From positions 1 to 20,260 of the IMG/VR virus record IMGVR_UViG_2563366944_000002: a stretch of DNA of 20,260 bases; one strand, 5' to 3'. Shown here one piece after another: positions 1-8,429 of the stretch. Under the pieces are notes generated by a model. That model did not search any database. It was not told the origin of the DNA and worked only from the letters and a program-made list of their open reading frames with translations. Both the position numbers and the translations under genes were made by a program. The DNA is from a virus. Its lineage: Duplodnaviria > Heunggongvirae > Uroviricota > Caudoviricetes. Position 1 is the stretch's first letter; every line of letters begins with the position of its first letter.

Positions 1-2189
1 ACCGCCGTTATCTGAAAATACCCCGGCGTCAGCTCAATGGTGGCGGGTTTTGCAGGCGCGTTAATCCGGAAGGTGGTGGTCGCAGGTTCGCCCTGCTGGC
101 CGTAGCTGTTAATGGCCCGCACCGTCAGGGTGTATTCCCCCAGCGGCAGACCACTGAAACGGTGCTCCGTGTCTGCGGTGATGGCGGTGCTCACCAGACG
201 GCTGTCTTCTCCGCTTCCGCTGGTCAGACGCAGACTGAAGCGCACACCCTTCACCACCCGCGGCGTGTCCCATTTCGCCTGTGCCAGATACTGACCGTCA
301 GCTGCACTCACCTCCACCGTCAGGTGCTGCACTGCCGGTGGGATAACGCTGTTCAGGGTGCCTGACTGCGGCTCAAAGCTGGCCCCGTTATCCACGATGG
401 CTTCTTTTTCCGGTACGTGCTGCACCGCCGTGATGGCGAAGGTGCCGTCCGTGTTTTCCCGGATGGAGACACAGCGGAACAGGCGACGGCGCAGTGACGG
501 CAGGGAGAGTCCCCACACCCCGTATGTCTCCACACCATCAGGCAGGGTACTGACCTGTATCCGGTCCGGCGCGGGGTGTTCGGTGATGTCCACACTCACC
601 GGCTTACCACTGCCGTTAATCAGGTTCACCGTGGCGGCACCGGTCTCCGGAAGTGTCACTTCACGGTCCAGCGTCAGGGTGCGGGTGGCAGCATCAATGG
701 ACAGGACACGTCCGCCGGTCAGGGTCCCGGCATAGTCGTTATCACAGATTTCAATGATGTCACCGGGTGTGTGCCGCAGCCCCTGAGACCCGAGCGTGAA
801 ATCCACCGTCTGCGTTTCCAGCAGTTCGGTCTTTATCACCCACAGTCCGGCACGGTGGGCCTGACCGCGGCTGGTACAGCCGAACGCGTCCATCTTCAGC
901 AGGTTGCGTCCGTAGCGCAGTATGGCTTCCGGGTCTTCCACCAGTTCCGTGGAGGTCTGCCAGCCGTTCTGCGGGTCGGTGTAATTCACCTCCACTGCCG
1001 TGTGCCGGTCCTTCAGGGCACTGGAGCTGTAGCGGAAACCCACGCCGTTATCATCCACCACCACATCGCTGTTGGTGTACGGCCACACCACATCCGACGG
1101 ACGGTCCTGAACGAACGTCAGCGTCTGGCCGTTCCATACCGGCATACAGCGCATCGCAGAGCAGAAATCACTGAGAACGTCCCACGCCTTACGCTGTTGT
1201 GCCAGGTACGCATTAAAGGTCATCCGCGGCTCGGTCCCCCCGAAACCATCCGGGACCGTCTGGTCGCAGTACTGCCCGATGGCATACAGCGCCCACTTGT
1301 CCACATCCGCCGCCCCCAGACGTTTTCCCATGCCGTAGCGCGGGTGAGTCAGCATGTCCCACAGACACCAGGCCGGGTTGTTGCTGTATGCCGGTTTCAG
1401 GCTGCCGTCCCAGATACCACTGTACGTGCGTTTTTCCGGGTCATAGTTTGACGGCACCTGGATGATGCGACCGCGGATATGGTAGTTCACCGTCATCTGC
1501 TGGCCGCCGAACTGCTCCGCATCCACCTGCAGCCCCACAATGGCCGTGTTCGGGTAGCACTGTTTCACATCGATGATTTCGGTGTATGACGACCACAGCG
1601 TCTTATTCTGCAGCTGGTCCGTGGTGCTGTCCGCCGTCTCCCTGACCATCCGGATGTTAAAGGGCCGGGGCGGCAGATTATCCAGAATCACCGAGGCCAG
1701 GAACTGCGAGGTGGTCTTGCCGTTAATGGTGACATCCTTTTCCGTCACCCAGCGGCCATTACGCTGTAACTGAATCAGAATCCGGACAGAGGAAGGATTA
1801 CGGTCGCCCTTTGACGTGGTCTGCACCAGTGACTGCACCCCGAAGGTAACCCGCAGGCGGTCAATGTTCGCGGACGTAATGGTGCGCGTCACCGGTTTTG
1901 CCTTCGTCACTTCCACGCCCAGTCCGGTTTCAGCTCCGGAGGACTCAAAGCCTTCCGGTGGTGTCTGCTCCTGCTCCCCGGCACGCCAGACCGCAGTCAC
2001 ACCGTGTATCACGGGATTACCGTCCGTGTCCGTCAGCGGGGTTTTGTTCACCAGAATACTCTGCAGTCCCTTCACCGGACCTTCTATCGGTCCCTCACCA
2101 ATCGCATCAATCACACTCATCATCTGCGTGGATTTGAGATTATCCTTCGCCTCACGAGGCGTGTGTGCCTTACCGCCACCTTTTCCCAT
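1..2189 (-). CDS. J: Host-specificity / central tail fibre protein J, N-terminal ~729 codons; the gene continues past the left edge of the window
   Basis: Not in the ORF track because no stop lies in the window. My hand translation of the minus strand from the ATG at 2189-2187 gives MGKGGGKAHTPREAKDNLKSTQMMSVIDAIGEGPIEGPV...FESSGAETGLG...TSANIDRLRVTFGVQ...TSKGDRNPSSVRIL...NLPPRPFNIRM...DSTTDQLQNKTLWSSYTEIIDVKQ, which matches the lambda J N-terminus as I remember it. A GGGGAAGG Shine-Dalgarno sits just upstream. Confidence 0.9.
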   Translation of the reverse strand, partial: MGKGGGKAHTPREAKDNLKSTQMMSVIDAIGEGPIEGPVKGLQSILVNKTPLTDTDGNPVIHGVTAVWRAGEQEQTPPEGFESSGAETGLGVEVTKAKPVTRTITSANIDRLRVTFGVQSLVQTTSKGDRNPSSVRILIQLQRNGRWVTEKDVTINGKTTSQFLASVILDNLPPRPFNIRMVRETADSTTDQLQNKTLWSSYTEIIDVKQCYPNTAIVGLQVDAEQFGGQQMTVNYHIRGRIIQVPSNYDPEKRTYSGIWDGSLKPAYSNNPAWCLWDMLTHPRYGMGKRLGAADVDKWALYAIGQYCDQTVPDGFGGTEPRMTFNAYLAQQRKAWDVLSDFCSAMRCMPVWNGQTLTFVQDRPSDVVWPYTNSDVVVDDNGVGFRYSSSALKDRHTAVEVNYTDPQNGWQTSTELVEDPEAILRYGRNLLKMDAFGCTSRGQAHRAGLWVIKTELLETQTVDFTLGSQGLRHTPGDIIEICDNDYAGTLTGGRVLSIDAATRTLTLDREVTLPETGAATVNLINGSGKPVSVDITEHPAPDRIQVSTLPDGVETYGVWGLSLPSLRRRLFRCVSIRENTDGTFAITAVQHVPEKEAIVDNGASFEPQSGTLNSVIPPAVQHLTVEVSAADGQYLAQAKWDTPRVVKGVRFSLRLTSGSGEDSRLVSTAITADTEHRFSGLPLGEYTLTVRAINSYGQQGEPATTTFRINAPAKPATIELTPGYFQITA

Positions 2190-2293
2190 ACAGCCTTCCC
2201 CTGAATAAATTAACCGCCACTTGCCATTCCGTACAGAAGTCGGATATCCTTCGCCCGAAAAGCATGAAACACATTTCTGCCATGCTAAAGAGA

Positions 2294-2327
2294 AACCCCG
2301 GTATCAGCAGATACCGGGGTTTTCTTT
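2294..2327. terminator. Perfect 12-bp palindromic hairpin with T-rich flanks on both strands (bidirectional terminator-like element) in the I-J gap
   Basis: AACCCCGGTATC-AGCA-GATACCGGGGTT at 2294-2321, followed by TTCTTTC on the plus strand and by TTTCTCTTT on the minus strand. Confidence 0.45.
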
Positions 2328-2394
2328 CATGCCCACCGATAATCCTGTTGGTTAAAACCGGTAATGGCATAAAAATTCTGAATATCTTCACATT

Positions 2395-2422
2395 TTCACA
2401 AACTGACTGTGGCGCGTATAAT
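2395..2422 (+). promoter_or_regulatory. Sigma70-like promoter facing away from J, antisense to the late operon
   Basis: -35 TTCACA at 2395-2400, 16-bp spacer, perfect -10 TATAAT at 2417-2422. Consensus reading only. Confidence 0.45.
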
Positions 2423-2428
2423 TTCTCT

Positions 2429-2525
2429 GCGTTAATTTTTTTGTCGTGATATAAGAATAATTCCTTACACTTAATCTTCGTAACTCTCCCGCAGTTCCTG
2501 TCCGCGATCACTGCGGGATTTTTTT
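2429..2525 (+). ncRNA. Candidate small RNA of about 95-100 nt, from the predicted promoter to the intrinsic terminator; no ORF or RBS inside
   Basis: Predicted start ~7 nt after the -10. The body is AU-rich (TTAATTTTTTTGTCGTGATATAAGAATAATTCC) and ends in an 8-bp GC-rich stem plus T7. No ATG or GTG with an RBS in the interval. Confidence 0.4.
2487..2525 (+). terminator. Rho-independent terminator, plus orientation
   Basis: Stem TCCCGCAG (2487-2494) pairs with CTGCGGGA (2511-2518), followed by TTTTTTT (2519-2525). The opposite strand has no T tract after the stem. Confidence 0.6.
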
Positions 2526-2532
2526 ATTCTTT

Positions 2533-3213
2533 TTACCCCTGCCGCCCGATAACCACGACCTTTCCGCCCCCGCCTTCATCACGGGTGCTGATGTCCTGGG
2601 ATATACGGCGGGAGCCAACCAGCATTTCCCCGTAAGGCACCGGCATCGGGTTCCCCTGGGCAATCATGTTATCCAGTGAGGAAAAGTACGTGTTCTGTCT
2701 GCCGTTATCCGTTGCGCGGTAATCCGGTGTTTTTGCCTTCGGGGCCAGCATCTGGGCCACTCCGCCCAGTATCATGCTGGCACCCAGTGAAAACAGCATC
2801 GTGGTGGCAGAAAAACCACCGGCACTCAGGGCTGTACCCCATAACGCCATCGAGCCTCCGGCCGTGAAGAAAGAGCCCACGATGGCTGCCGCCCCCAGCA
2901 CAATCTGCAGTCCACCCTTTCCGGCCCCGGCCAGTCGCGGCACAATGTGGATGACCGTTCCCTCACCCAGCTGTTCGTGAAGACGGGCGTACACCGCCTC
3001 CGGTGCCGTGTCATCACCGGCAATACGTATCTGGTACCAGCCTTCGTTCATCTGACGGCGAAAGCCCGGCATCTGCATCGACAGGGCGCGAATGGCTTCC
3101 GCTGCCGTGTTCACATACAGGCTGAGGCGGCGGCCAAATCGTTGCAAATCCCCGTGAAGGCAGATGCGTGCCAGTGGCGGTGACGCCAGACAGAATGCGT
3201 TCGTCGTTGCCAT
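2533..3213 (-). CDS. I: Tail assembly protein I
   Basis: 226-aa ORF MATTNAFCLASPPLARICLHGDLQRFGRR... collinear with lambda gpI (remembered MAATHTLPLASPGMARICLYGDLQRFGRR...); position between K and J. Confidence 0.9.
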   Translation of the reverse strand: MATTNAFCLASPPLARICLHGDLQRFGRRLSLYVNTAAEAIRALSMQMPGFRRQMNEGWYQIRIAGDDTAPEAVYARLHEQLGEGTVIHIVPRLAGAGKGGLQIVLGAAAIVGSFFTAGGSMALWGTALSAGGFSATTMLFSLGASMILGGVAQMLAPKAKTPDYRATDNGRQNTYFSSLDNMIAQGNPMPVPYGEMLVGSRRISQDISTRDEGGGGKVVVIGRQG

Positions 3214-3854
3214 TTTTCGGAATACCTCTCCCGTTTACTCAGTTGTTCAGGCAGATGGTGAAGCAGCTCACCGTTGCCGCAGTAAATGGCGGCATGGTTC
3301 GGTACCGAAGCACCAAAGCAGCACAGCAGAATATCGCCCGCCTGTGCAGAGGACAGGGGCACCCGGTAAAAGCCGGTGACCGCCATATTGTCCAGGTAAA
3401 GGTTCTGACCGTTGCGCCACCAGTCATCCTCGCGATGAAAATCCGGCATTTCAGTCCCCGCCAGATGGTATGCATCCCGGAACAGGGTGTAACAGTCCGT
3501 CACCCCGTGCTCAAAGCGCCGTCCCGTCAGGTGCGGCACGCAGCGGAATTTGTGAATGTCACCCCGGCAGACCAGCCACCAGGGCAGTGCGCTTTTTATC
3601 TGCAGCCGCCGGTCAGCCTCGCTCAGCCAGGGCAGCCCACCGGGATGACTGTGGACCAGTGCCACAATCTCCCCCTGCATCTCTGCCCGCAGCCAGTCTT
3701 CCGGTGCAATACGAAAATACGCCTCCGGCTCTGCAGAGATATTCACACAAGGGATATACCGCTCCCCCTCCGGCGTTCTCACCACTAAGCCGCACGACTC
3801 CGCAGGCACACACCGCCGGGCATGCGCCAGAATCGCTGATTCTGTCTGTGTCAT
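3111..3854 (-). CDS. K: Tail tip assembly protein K (MPN/JAMM plus NlpC/P60 domains)
   Basis: 247-aa ORF with JAMM motif HSHPGGLPWLSEAD (HxHx7Sx2D) and a Cys/His pair typical of NlpC/P60 (GVTDCYTLF, VPNHAAIY). It overlaps I by 103 bp, as I recall for lambda K/I. The true start could be an internal Met. Confidence 0.9.
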   Translation of the reverse strand: MTQTESAILAHARRCVPAESCGLVVRTPEGERYIPCVNISAEPEAYFRIAPEDWLRAEMQGEIVALVHSHPGGLPWLSEADRRLQIKSALPWWLVCRGDIHKFRCVPHLTGRRFEHGVTDCYTLFRDAYHLAGTEMPDFHREDDWWRNGQNLYLDNMAVTGFYRVPLSSAQAGDILLCCFGASVPNHAAIYCGNGELLHHLPEQLSKRERYSEKWQRRTHSVWRHRHWHASAFTGICNDLAAASACM

Positions 3855-3859
3855 TGGAT

Positions 3860-4558
3860 TTACTGCGAAAGTTTGTTAATGGAAAGGAAACCGCCAAAAT
3901 TAGCCACCATGCCGCGCATCTCACACCCGCGCATGCACTTGCTGCATCTGTCCTTACGGATATCCGTGGTGGGGTTGTCGAACTCATCCGCCACCGCAGG
4001 ACCGTTATACCCGCATTCATCTCCCCGGTAATCCCACATACAGGTGTTCGCCAGCATGATGCGACCGGGAAACAGCGCCCCGTCCGTCTCGGTCGGTGTA
4101 GCCAGCACAAACGAGGCCGTCATGGCTGTCAGCTGCGACATCTGCTCCACCACCCAGCGGTCACTCAGCTCCTGCTCCGGGTCCGCCTCCGGATTGCCCG
4201 CAACGAAATTCACCGCATCCAGAAAACGGGCATACACCCGGCGGCGGACCACCGTGGCCCCCACCAGACTCTGCAGGTCTTCCGCCATCCCGGTGACCAG
4301 ACCGAACAGATTGGACACCGTCAGCGACGGTCTGGCACTGCTGCCCCGGCCGTTCATCTCAAAGCCGCTGCCGTCAATCGGGTATGCCTCATACTTACGC
4401 CCCTGCCAGGTGACCGGCTCCCCTTTTTCATTCAGCTCATTACAGAAAAAATACCGCTCACCACCCTGTACCGTCAGGTCGATTTCCCAGAGTACCACCC
4501 GCGGTGACTGCTCTGACTTAACCGACTCGTTCAGACTTTCTTCGCGAATATCCTGCAT
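3860..4558 (-). CDS. L: Tail tip protein L
   Basis: 232-aa ORF, the same length as lambda gpL, with a cysteine-rich C-terminus (CSKCMRGCEM) consistent with the known Fe-S site; collinear position. Confidence 0.9.
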   Translation of the reverse strand: MQDIREESLNESVKSEQSPRVVLWEIDLTVQGGERYFFCNELNEKGEPVTWQGRKYEAYPIDGSGFEMNGRGSSARPSLTVSNLFGLVTGMAEDLQSLVGATVVRRRVYARFLDAVNFVAGNPEADPEQELSDRWVVEQMSQLTAMTASFVLATPTETDGALFPGRIMLANTCMWDYRGDECGYNGPAVADEFDNPTTDIRKDRCSKCMRGCEMRGMVANFGGFLSINKLSQ

Positions 4559-4887
4559 CAGTTCACCACCTGCTTAAACTCCGCGCTGAACTCAACGCGC
4601 AACATCCCGACCCGCGCAGACCACCCGGCACAGGTCACCTTTATCTGCCGGTATGCATAGGGTGGCTTCCACAAAAATGCCTTCCAGCCACCGTGCTCTG
4701 CCAGGAACGCTTCCAGATGCCGGGCCTCCTCCCGGGTCACGGAAAGCGTCACCCTGTATGTTTTCAGGTCAGCATTCAGCCCTGCCGCCATACGCTGTGA
4801 GTACCCGTCACCAAAACGCACTTCACGCACCGATGGCTGCGAGTTCACCTCCATATCCGGCTTCACTTTCCAGCGAAAGGTTTTCAT
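4558..4887 (-). CDS. M: Minor tail protein M
   Basis: 109-aa ORF, the same length as lambda gpM; start and stop overlap the neighbours (ATGA junctions); collinear position. Confidence 0.88.
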   Translation of the reverse strand: MKTFRWKVKPDMEVNSQPSVREVRFGDGYSQRMAAGLNADLKTYRVTLSVTREEARHLEAFLAEHGGWKAFLWKPPYAYRQIKVTCAGWSARVGMLRVEFSAEFKQVVN

Positions 4888-7568
4888 CCACCGCTCCCTG
4901 ATAACATACCGCCATCACGCAACTGCAGCCGGAGTTCATCCTGTGCCCCCTTGCGGGCCATCTCATACACCGCTTTCATCAGCTGCGGCCCTGCCCGCCC
5001 GTTGGGGCCGTCGTTCTGAATCACCACGTGATTGTTCTGATTAAAATTAATGCCTTCCGCCCGCCGCATCTGCGCCGGACTTCCGGCACCGCCGACATAA
5101 CCACCTTCCGCATAGCCCCGCATCAGGCGGTACAGATTGCCGACACCAATCCGGCTGGTCGCCTCCTTCGTGAAGACAAACTCCCCGCGATGAACAATCC
5201 CCGCAGGTTCATATTTGCCGCCGGTTCCCGTAAATCCTCCGGTCGCGAAATGGAATTTCGCCGCAGCTGCCTGAATGGCTGTACCGCCTGACGCGGATGC
5301 GCCGCCACCAACAGCCCCGCCAATAGCGCTGCCGATACTCCCGACAATCCCCACCATTGCCTGCTTAAGCAGAATTTCTGTCATCATGGACAGCACGGAG
5401 CGGGTGAAGCTGCGCCAGTTCTGCTCACTGCCGGTCAGCATCGCCGCCATATTCTGTGCAATACCATCAAAGGTCTGCGTGGCAGCACTTTTTACCTGCG
5501 ACATACTGTCCGTGGCACTCTCTTCCCACTCACTCCAGCCGGACCTGAGGCCTGCCATCCAGTTCCCGCGAAGCAGGTCTTCAGCCGCCCAGGTCTTTTT
5601 CTGCTCTGACATGACGTTATTCAGCGCCAGCGGATTATCGCCATACTGTTCCTTCAGGCGCTGTTCCGTGGCTTCCCGTTCTGCCTGCCGGTCAGTCAGC
5701 CCCCGGATTTTCGCATCAATGGCGGCCCGTTTTGCCCGTTGCTGCTGTGCGAATTTATCCGCCTGCTGCGCCAGCGCGTTCAGGCGCTCCTGATACGTAA
5801 CCTTGTCGCCAAGTGCAGCCAGCTGGCGTTTGTACTCCAGCGTCTCATCTTTATGCGCCAGCAGGGATTTCTCCTGTGCAGACAGCTGGCGTTTGTACTC
5901 CAGCGTCTCATCTTTATGCGCCAGCAGGGATTTCTCCTGTGCAGACAGCTGGCGACGTTGCGCCGCCTCCTCCAGTACCGCGAACTGACTCTCCGCCTTC
6001 CACAAATCCCGGCGCTGCTGGCTGATTTTCTCATTTGCTCCGGCATGCTTCTCCAGCGTCCGGAGTTCTGCCTGAAGCGTCAGCAGGGCAGCATGAGCAC
6101 TGTCTTCCTGACGATCGCCCGCAGACACCTTCACGCCGGACTGTTTCGCCTTTTTCAGCGTCGCTTCATAGTCCTTTTTCGCCGCCGCCATCAGCGTGTT
6201 GTAATCTGCCTGCAGAATTTTCCCGTCCTTCAGTGCCTTGTTCAGTTCTTCCTGACGGGCGGTATATTTCTCCAGCGGCGTCTGCAGGCGTTCATAAGCC
6301 TTCTGCGCCTCTTCGGTATATTTCAGCCGTGATGCCTCAGACTCGGCCCAGTCCTTTGCTGCCATCTCTCTGGCCTTTTCAAGATCGGCCTGCAACGTGG
6401 CGGCTGAAAGCCCAAGTTGCGCATTCGCTCTGTCCTCCCATGCTCCCCGGAGATTGGCAAGAAATGCGGATGTTTTACCGCGCCGGTGGCTCCGGCTCTG
6501 ATACCACTGCCATTTTTTGTCCGCCTCATCAAAAGCCTTTTCTGCTTTCTCCAGCATTTCCCGGGCAGTGTCCGGGCGACCAATATCCAGCACCGAATCC
6601 CACATGGATTTGAATGCCCGTGCTGTCCTGTCTGCCCAGGTCTCCAGCGTGCCCATGTTCTCTTTCAGGCGGCGGGTCTGGTCATCAAACCCTTTCGTTG
6701 CGGCCTCGTTCGCCGCCTGCAATGCCCCGGTTTCATCGCCGGAACGCTGCAACTGAGCAACATACGTAATCTGCTCCGCCGTCACGTTATGGAACTGCTT
6801 CGCCATCGCAATCAGCCCCGACGTCGGGTCAGTGGTCAGTTTTCCGAAAGCCTCTGCAACCTTGTCCACCTCCACACCGGATGCAGAAGCAAAACGCGCG
6901 ACACTCTGGTTGATGGCATCAAACTGTTCACCACCACGCACACCGGCATTCACCATGGCTGCCAGTGACTCACTCGCCTGGTTAAACGTCAGCCCTGCGG
7001 CCTGTCCGGCTCTGGAGAGCGTCAGCATGCGATCGGCAGTCAGTCCGGACTGATTACCGGAAAGAACCAGGGTTTTATTAAACGCTGAAAGCGTGGAATC
7101 TCCCTGGTACCAGGCGTACACCAGCGCACCTGTCGCCACCGCCAGCGAGGTGACCCCGACCATCGGCAGGGTGATCGCACCGGCAAGCCCCCTGAACATG
7201 GGGATCATCCCGCCGAAGGAGTCCTTCACCTGACCGCCCTGTTGCAGCAGGATCAGCCAGGGATTCTGACCACCGGCAAGCTGCGTGGCGATATCCGTAA
7301 ACTGTGCGGGCAGGGTTCGCATGGCCGCTTTATACTGCCCGACGGAAATCCCTGCTTTTTGTGCAGCCAGCGCCTGGCGGCTCAGGCCCTGCTCAACAGC
7401 AGCGGCCTGTTTCTTAAAAGACTGGCTGACACGCCCGGCCATCAAATCCGCAAGGTCACTGGTTTCACCCAGTTCTTTCTTTACCCGTGCAGCCTCTTCA
7501 GAAAAACGGGTTGAATCCAGTGTAAGAACAGCTGTCAGATCGGCAAAATTACCCGCCATAGCGTACAC
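4884..7568 (-). CDS. H: Tail tape-measure protein H
   Basis: 894-aa ORF, Ala/Gln/Lys-rich with long helical stretches, a Gly-rich hydrophobic C-terminal segment and the C-terminal region typical of gpH; position between G-T and M. Confidence 0.9.
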   Translation of the reverse strand: MYAMAGNFADLTAVLTLDSTRFSEEAARVKKELGETSDLADLMAGRVSQSFKKQAAAVEQGLSRQALAAQKAGISVGQYKAAMRTLPAQFTDIATQLAGGQNPWLILLQQGGQVKDSFGGMIPMFRGLAGAITLPMVGVTSLAVATGALVYAWYQGDSTLSAFNKTLVLSGNQSGLTADRMLTLSRAGQAAGLTFNQASESLAAMVNAGVRGGEQFDAINQSVARFASASGVEVDKVAEAFGKLTTDPTSGLIAMAKQFHNVTAEQITYVAQLQRSGDETGALQAANEAATKGFDDQTRRLKENMGTLETWADRTARAFKSMWDSVLDIGRPDTAREMLEKAEKAFDEADKKWQWYQSRSHRRGKTSAFLANLRGAWEDRANAQLGLSAATLQADLEKAREMAAKDWAESEASRLKYTEEAQKAYERLQTPLEKYTARQEELNKALKDGKILQADYNTLMAAAKKDYEATLKKAKQSGVKVSAGDRQEDSAHAALLTLQAELRTLEKHAGANEKISQQRRDLWKAESQFAVLEEAAQRRQLSAQEKSLLAHKDETLEYKRQLSAQEKSLLAHKDETLEYKRQLAALGDKVTYQERLNALAQQADKFAQQQRAKRAAIDAKIRGLTDRQAEREATEQRLKEQYGDNPLALNNVMSEQKKTWAAEDLLRGNWMAGLRSGWSEWEESATDSMSQVKSAATQTFDGIAQNMAAMLTGSEQNWRSFTRSVLSMMTEILLKQAMVGIVGSIGSAIGGAVGGGASASGGTAIQAAAAKFHFATGGFTGTGGKYEPAGIVHRGEFVFTKEATSRIGVGNLYRLMRGYAEGGYVGGAGSPAQMRRAEGINFNQNNHVVIQNDGPNGRAGPQLMKAVYEMARKGAQDELRLQLRDGGMLSGSGG
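5821..5946. repeat. Exact tandem duplication, 2 x 63 bp, in frame inside the tape-measure gene
   Basis: 5821-5883 and 5884-5946 are identical (AGCTGGCGTTTGTACTCCAGCGTCTCATCTTTATGCGCCAGCAGGGATTTCTCCTGTGCAGAC). In the protein this repeats QLSAQEKSLLAHKDETLEYKR twice. Confidence 0.9.
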
Positions 7569-8411
7569 CTCCTGGAATTCCCTCAGACACCATCATCAGC
7601 ATGGCTTCATCCTCTGTACTGCTCCGCATGTCATCACTGACCATAACGATTTCCTTCCCGTCAGCCCCAAAGCGGACACCACCAGAAAGACCTGCCGCTT
7701 TCCGCATCAGCATATCGTCCTCATCCGGCATCTCCGTCTGCTCATCATCACGTCGGGGTGCCAGCAGACTGAAATCAGAGGGATGCATATCCGGATCGCA
7801 AAAAAACAGGCTGAGTACAGCGTACGTCAGCCCGGAAAAATGCATATCCAGCTGGGTATCCTGAAAATAATGCGTGCGGTAAAAACGGTGCCAGTCGGCA
7901 TATTCGGTGGATGTCATCCCGGCAAGCATGGCGCGCCAGTCGGGTCTCCCCATCTCACGCGCCAGTCTGAGGGCAAAGTTCAGCTCGCCGTCGAAGACTT
8001 TCCCGCAGAAAAATCATCATCAGTCAGCGTGTTATTTTTCGCCACTTCAGTAATATCAGTATCCGGACGAACAGCTTCGATCATCCCGGACAGGCACAAC
8101 ACCACGTCTTCCGCCCGGGCAATGGCATCGGCAGGCCAGGTGGTGAGCACTTCCTGCTCTATCTTCATCACGGCCTCATTCATTGACGGTGACTGCGTTT
8201 TCTGTGGATGGTTATGCCACAGGGACATCGCCACCAGAAACGCGCCGGTTCTGACAAGATCTTCCACACTCACCTGCAGGTTGCCGCTGGCTTCAGCCTC
8301 TTCTGCCCGCCGTTTCAGGAGGGCAAGATGCTCAATACGCTGCAGCGCAGACAGCTCAGAAAGCGTGACGGATACACCGTTATATTCAAATTGTTCTGTT
8401 TTCAGGAACAT
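7549..8411 (-). CDS. GT: Tail assembly chaperone G-T, made by a programmed -1 ribosomal frameshift from the G frame into the T frame
   Basis: The T-frame ORF (7549-7953) has no credible independent start. Slipping -1 at GGGAAAG joins ...FSAGK to VFDGELNFALRLAREMGRPDWRAMLAGMT..., the same arrangement as lambda G/G-T. Confidence 0.8.
7980..8411 (-). CDS. G: Tail assembly chaperone G
   Basis: 143-aa ORF MFLKTEQFEYNGVSVTLSELSALQRIEHLALLKRR...SAGKSSTAS, close to lambda gpG as remembered (MFLKTESFEHNGVTVTLSELSALQRIEHLAL...). Confidence 0.88.
   Translation of the reverse strand: MFLKTEQFEYNGVSVTLSELSALQRIEHLALLKRRAEEAEASGNLQVSVEDLVRTGAFLVAMSLWHNHPQKTQSPSMNEAVMKIEQEVLTTWPADAIARAEDVVLCLSGMIEAVRPDTDITEVAKNNTLTDDDFSAGKSSTAS
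7998..8004 (-). promoter_or_regulatory. Slippery heptamer G GGA AAG for the G to G-T -1 frameshift
   Basis: The minus strand reads GCG GGA AAG TCT... in the G frame, 7 codons before the G stop. This is the same heptamer used by lambda. Confidence 0.75.
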
Positions 8412-8429
8412 CGCTTATCTCTCAGCTCT

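Noticed and set aside
576-1451. 291-aa plus-strand ORF, plus several other plus-strand ORFs at 112-735 and 1573-2208
   Set aside because: They lie antisense to the J coding sequence, whose minus-strand translation matches lambda J throughout. Long shadow ORFs are expected in GC-rich coding DNA, and none has an RBS or recognisable protein features.
2170-2511. 113-aa minus-strand ORF spanning the I-J gap
   Set aside because: It overlaps the J start codon and RBS, runs through both hairpin terminators and the predicted promoter, and has odd composition. A J start at 2189 with its own Shine-Dalgarno explains the region better.
3470-4507. 345-aa plus-strand ORF (and neighbours 3168-3788 and 4044-4577)
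   Set aside because: Antisense to K and L, which have clear lambda homology and motifs; Pro/Ala/Arg-rich low-complexity translation typical of GC-rich antisense frames.
5821-5946. Direct repeats as a possible CRISPR array or mobile-element terminal repeat
   Set aside because: Only two copies, contiguous with no spacer, in frame within the tape-measure gene; no cas genes. It is an intragenic tandem duplication.
7549-7953. T as an independent gene starting at the internal Met (MGRPDWRAM...)
   Set aside because: No RBS, and a lambda-identical slippery site in G shows T is expressed only as the G-T frameshift fusion.
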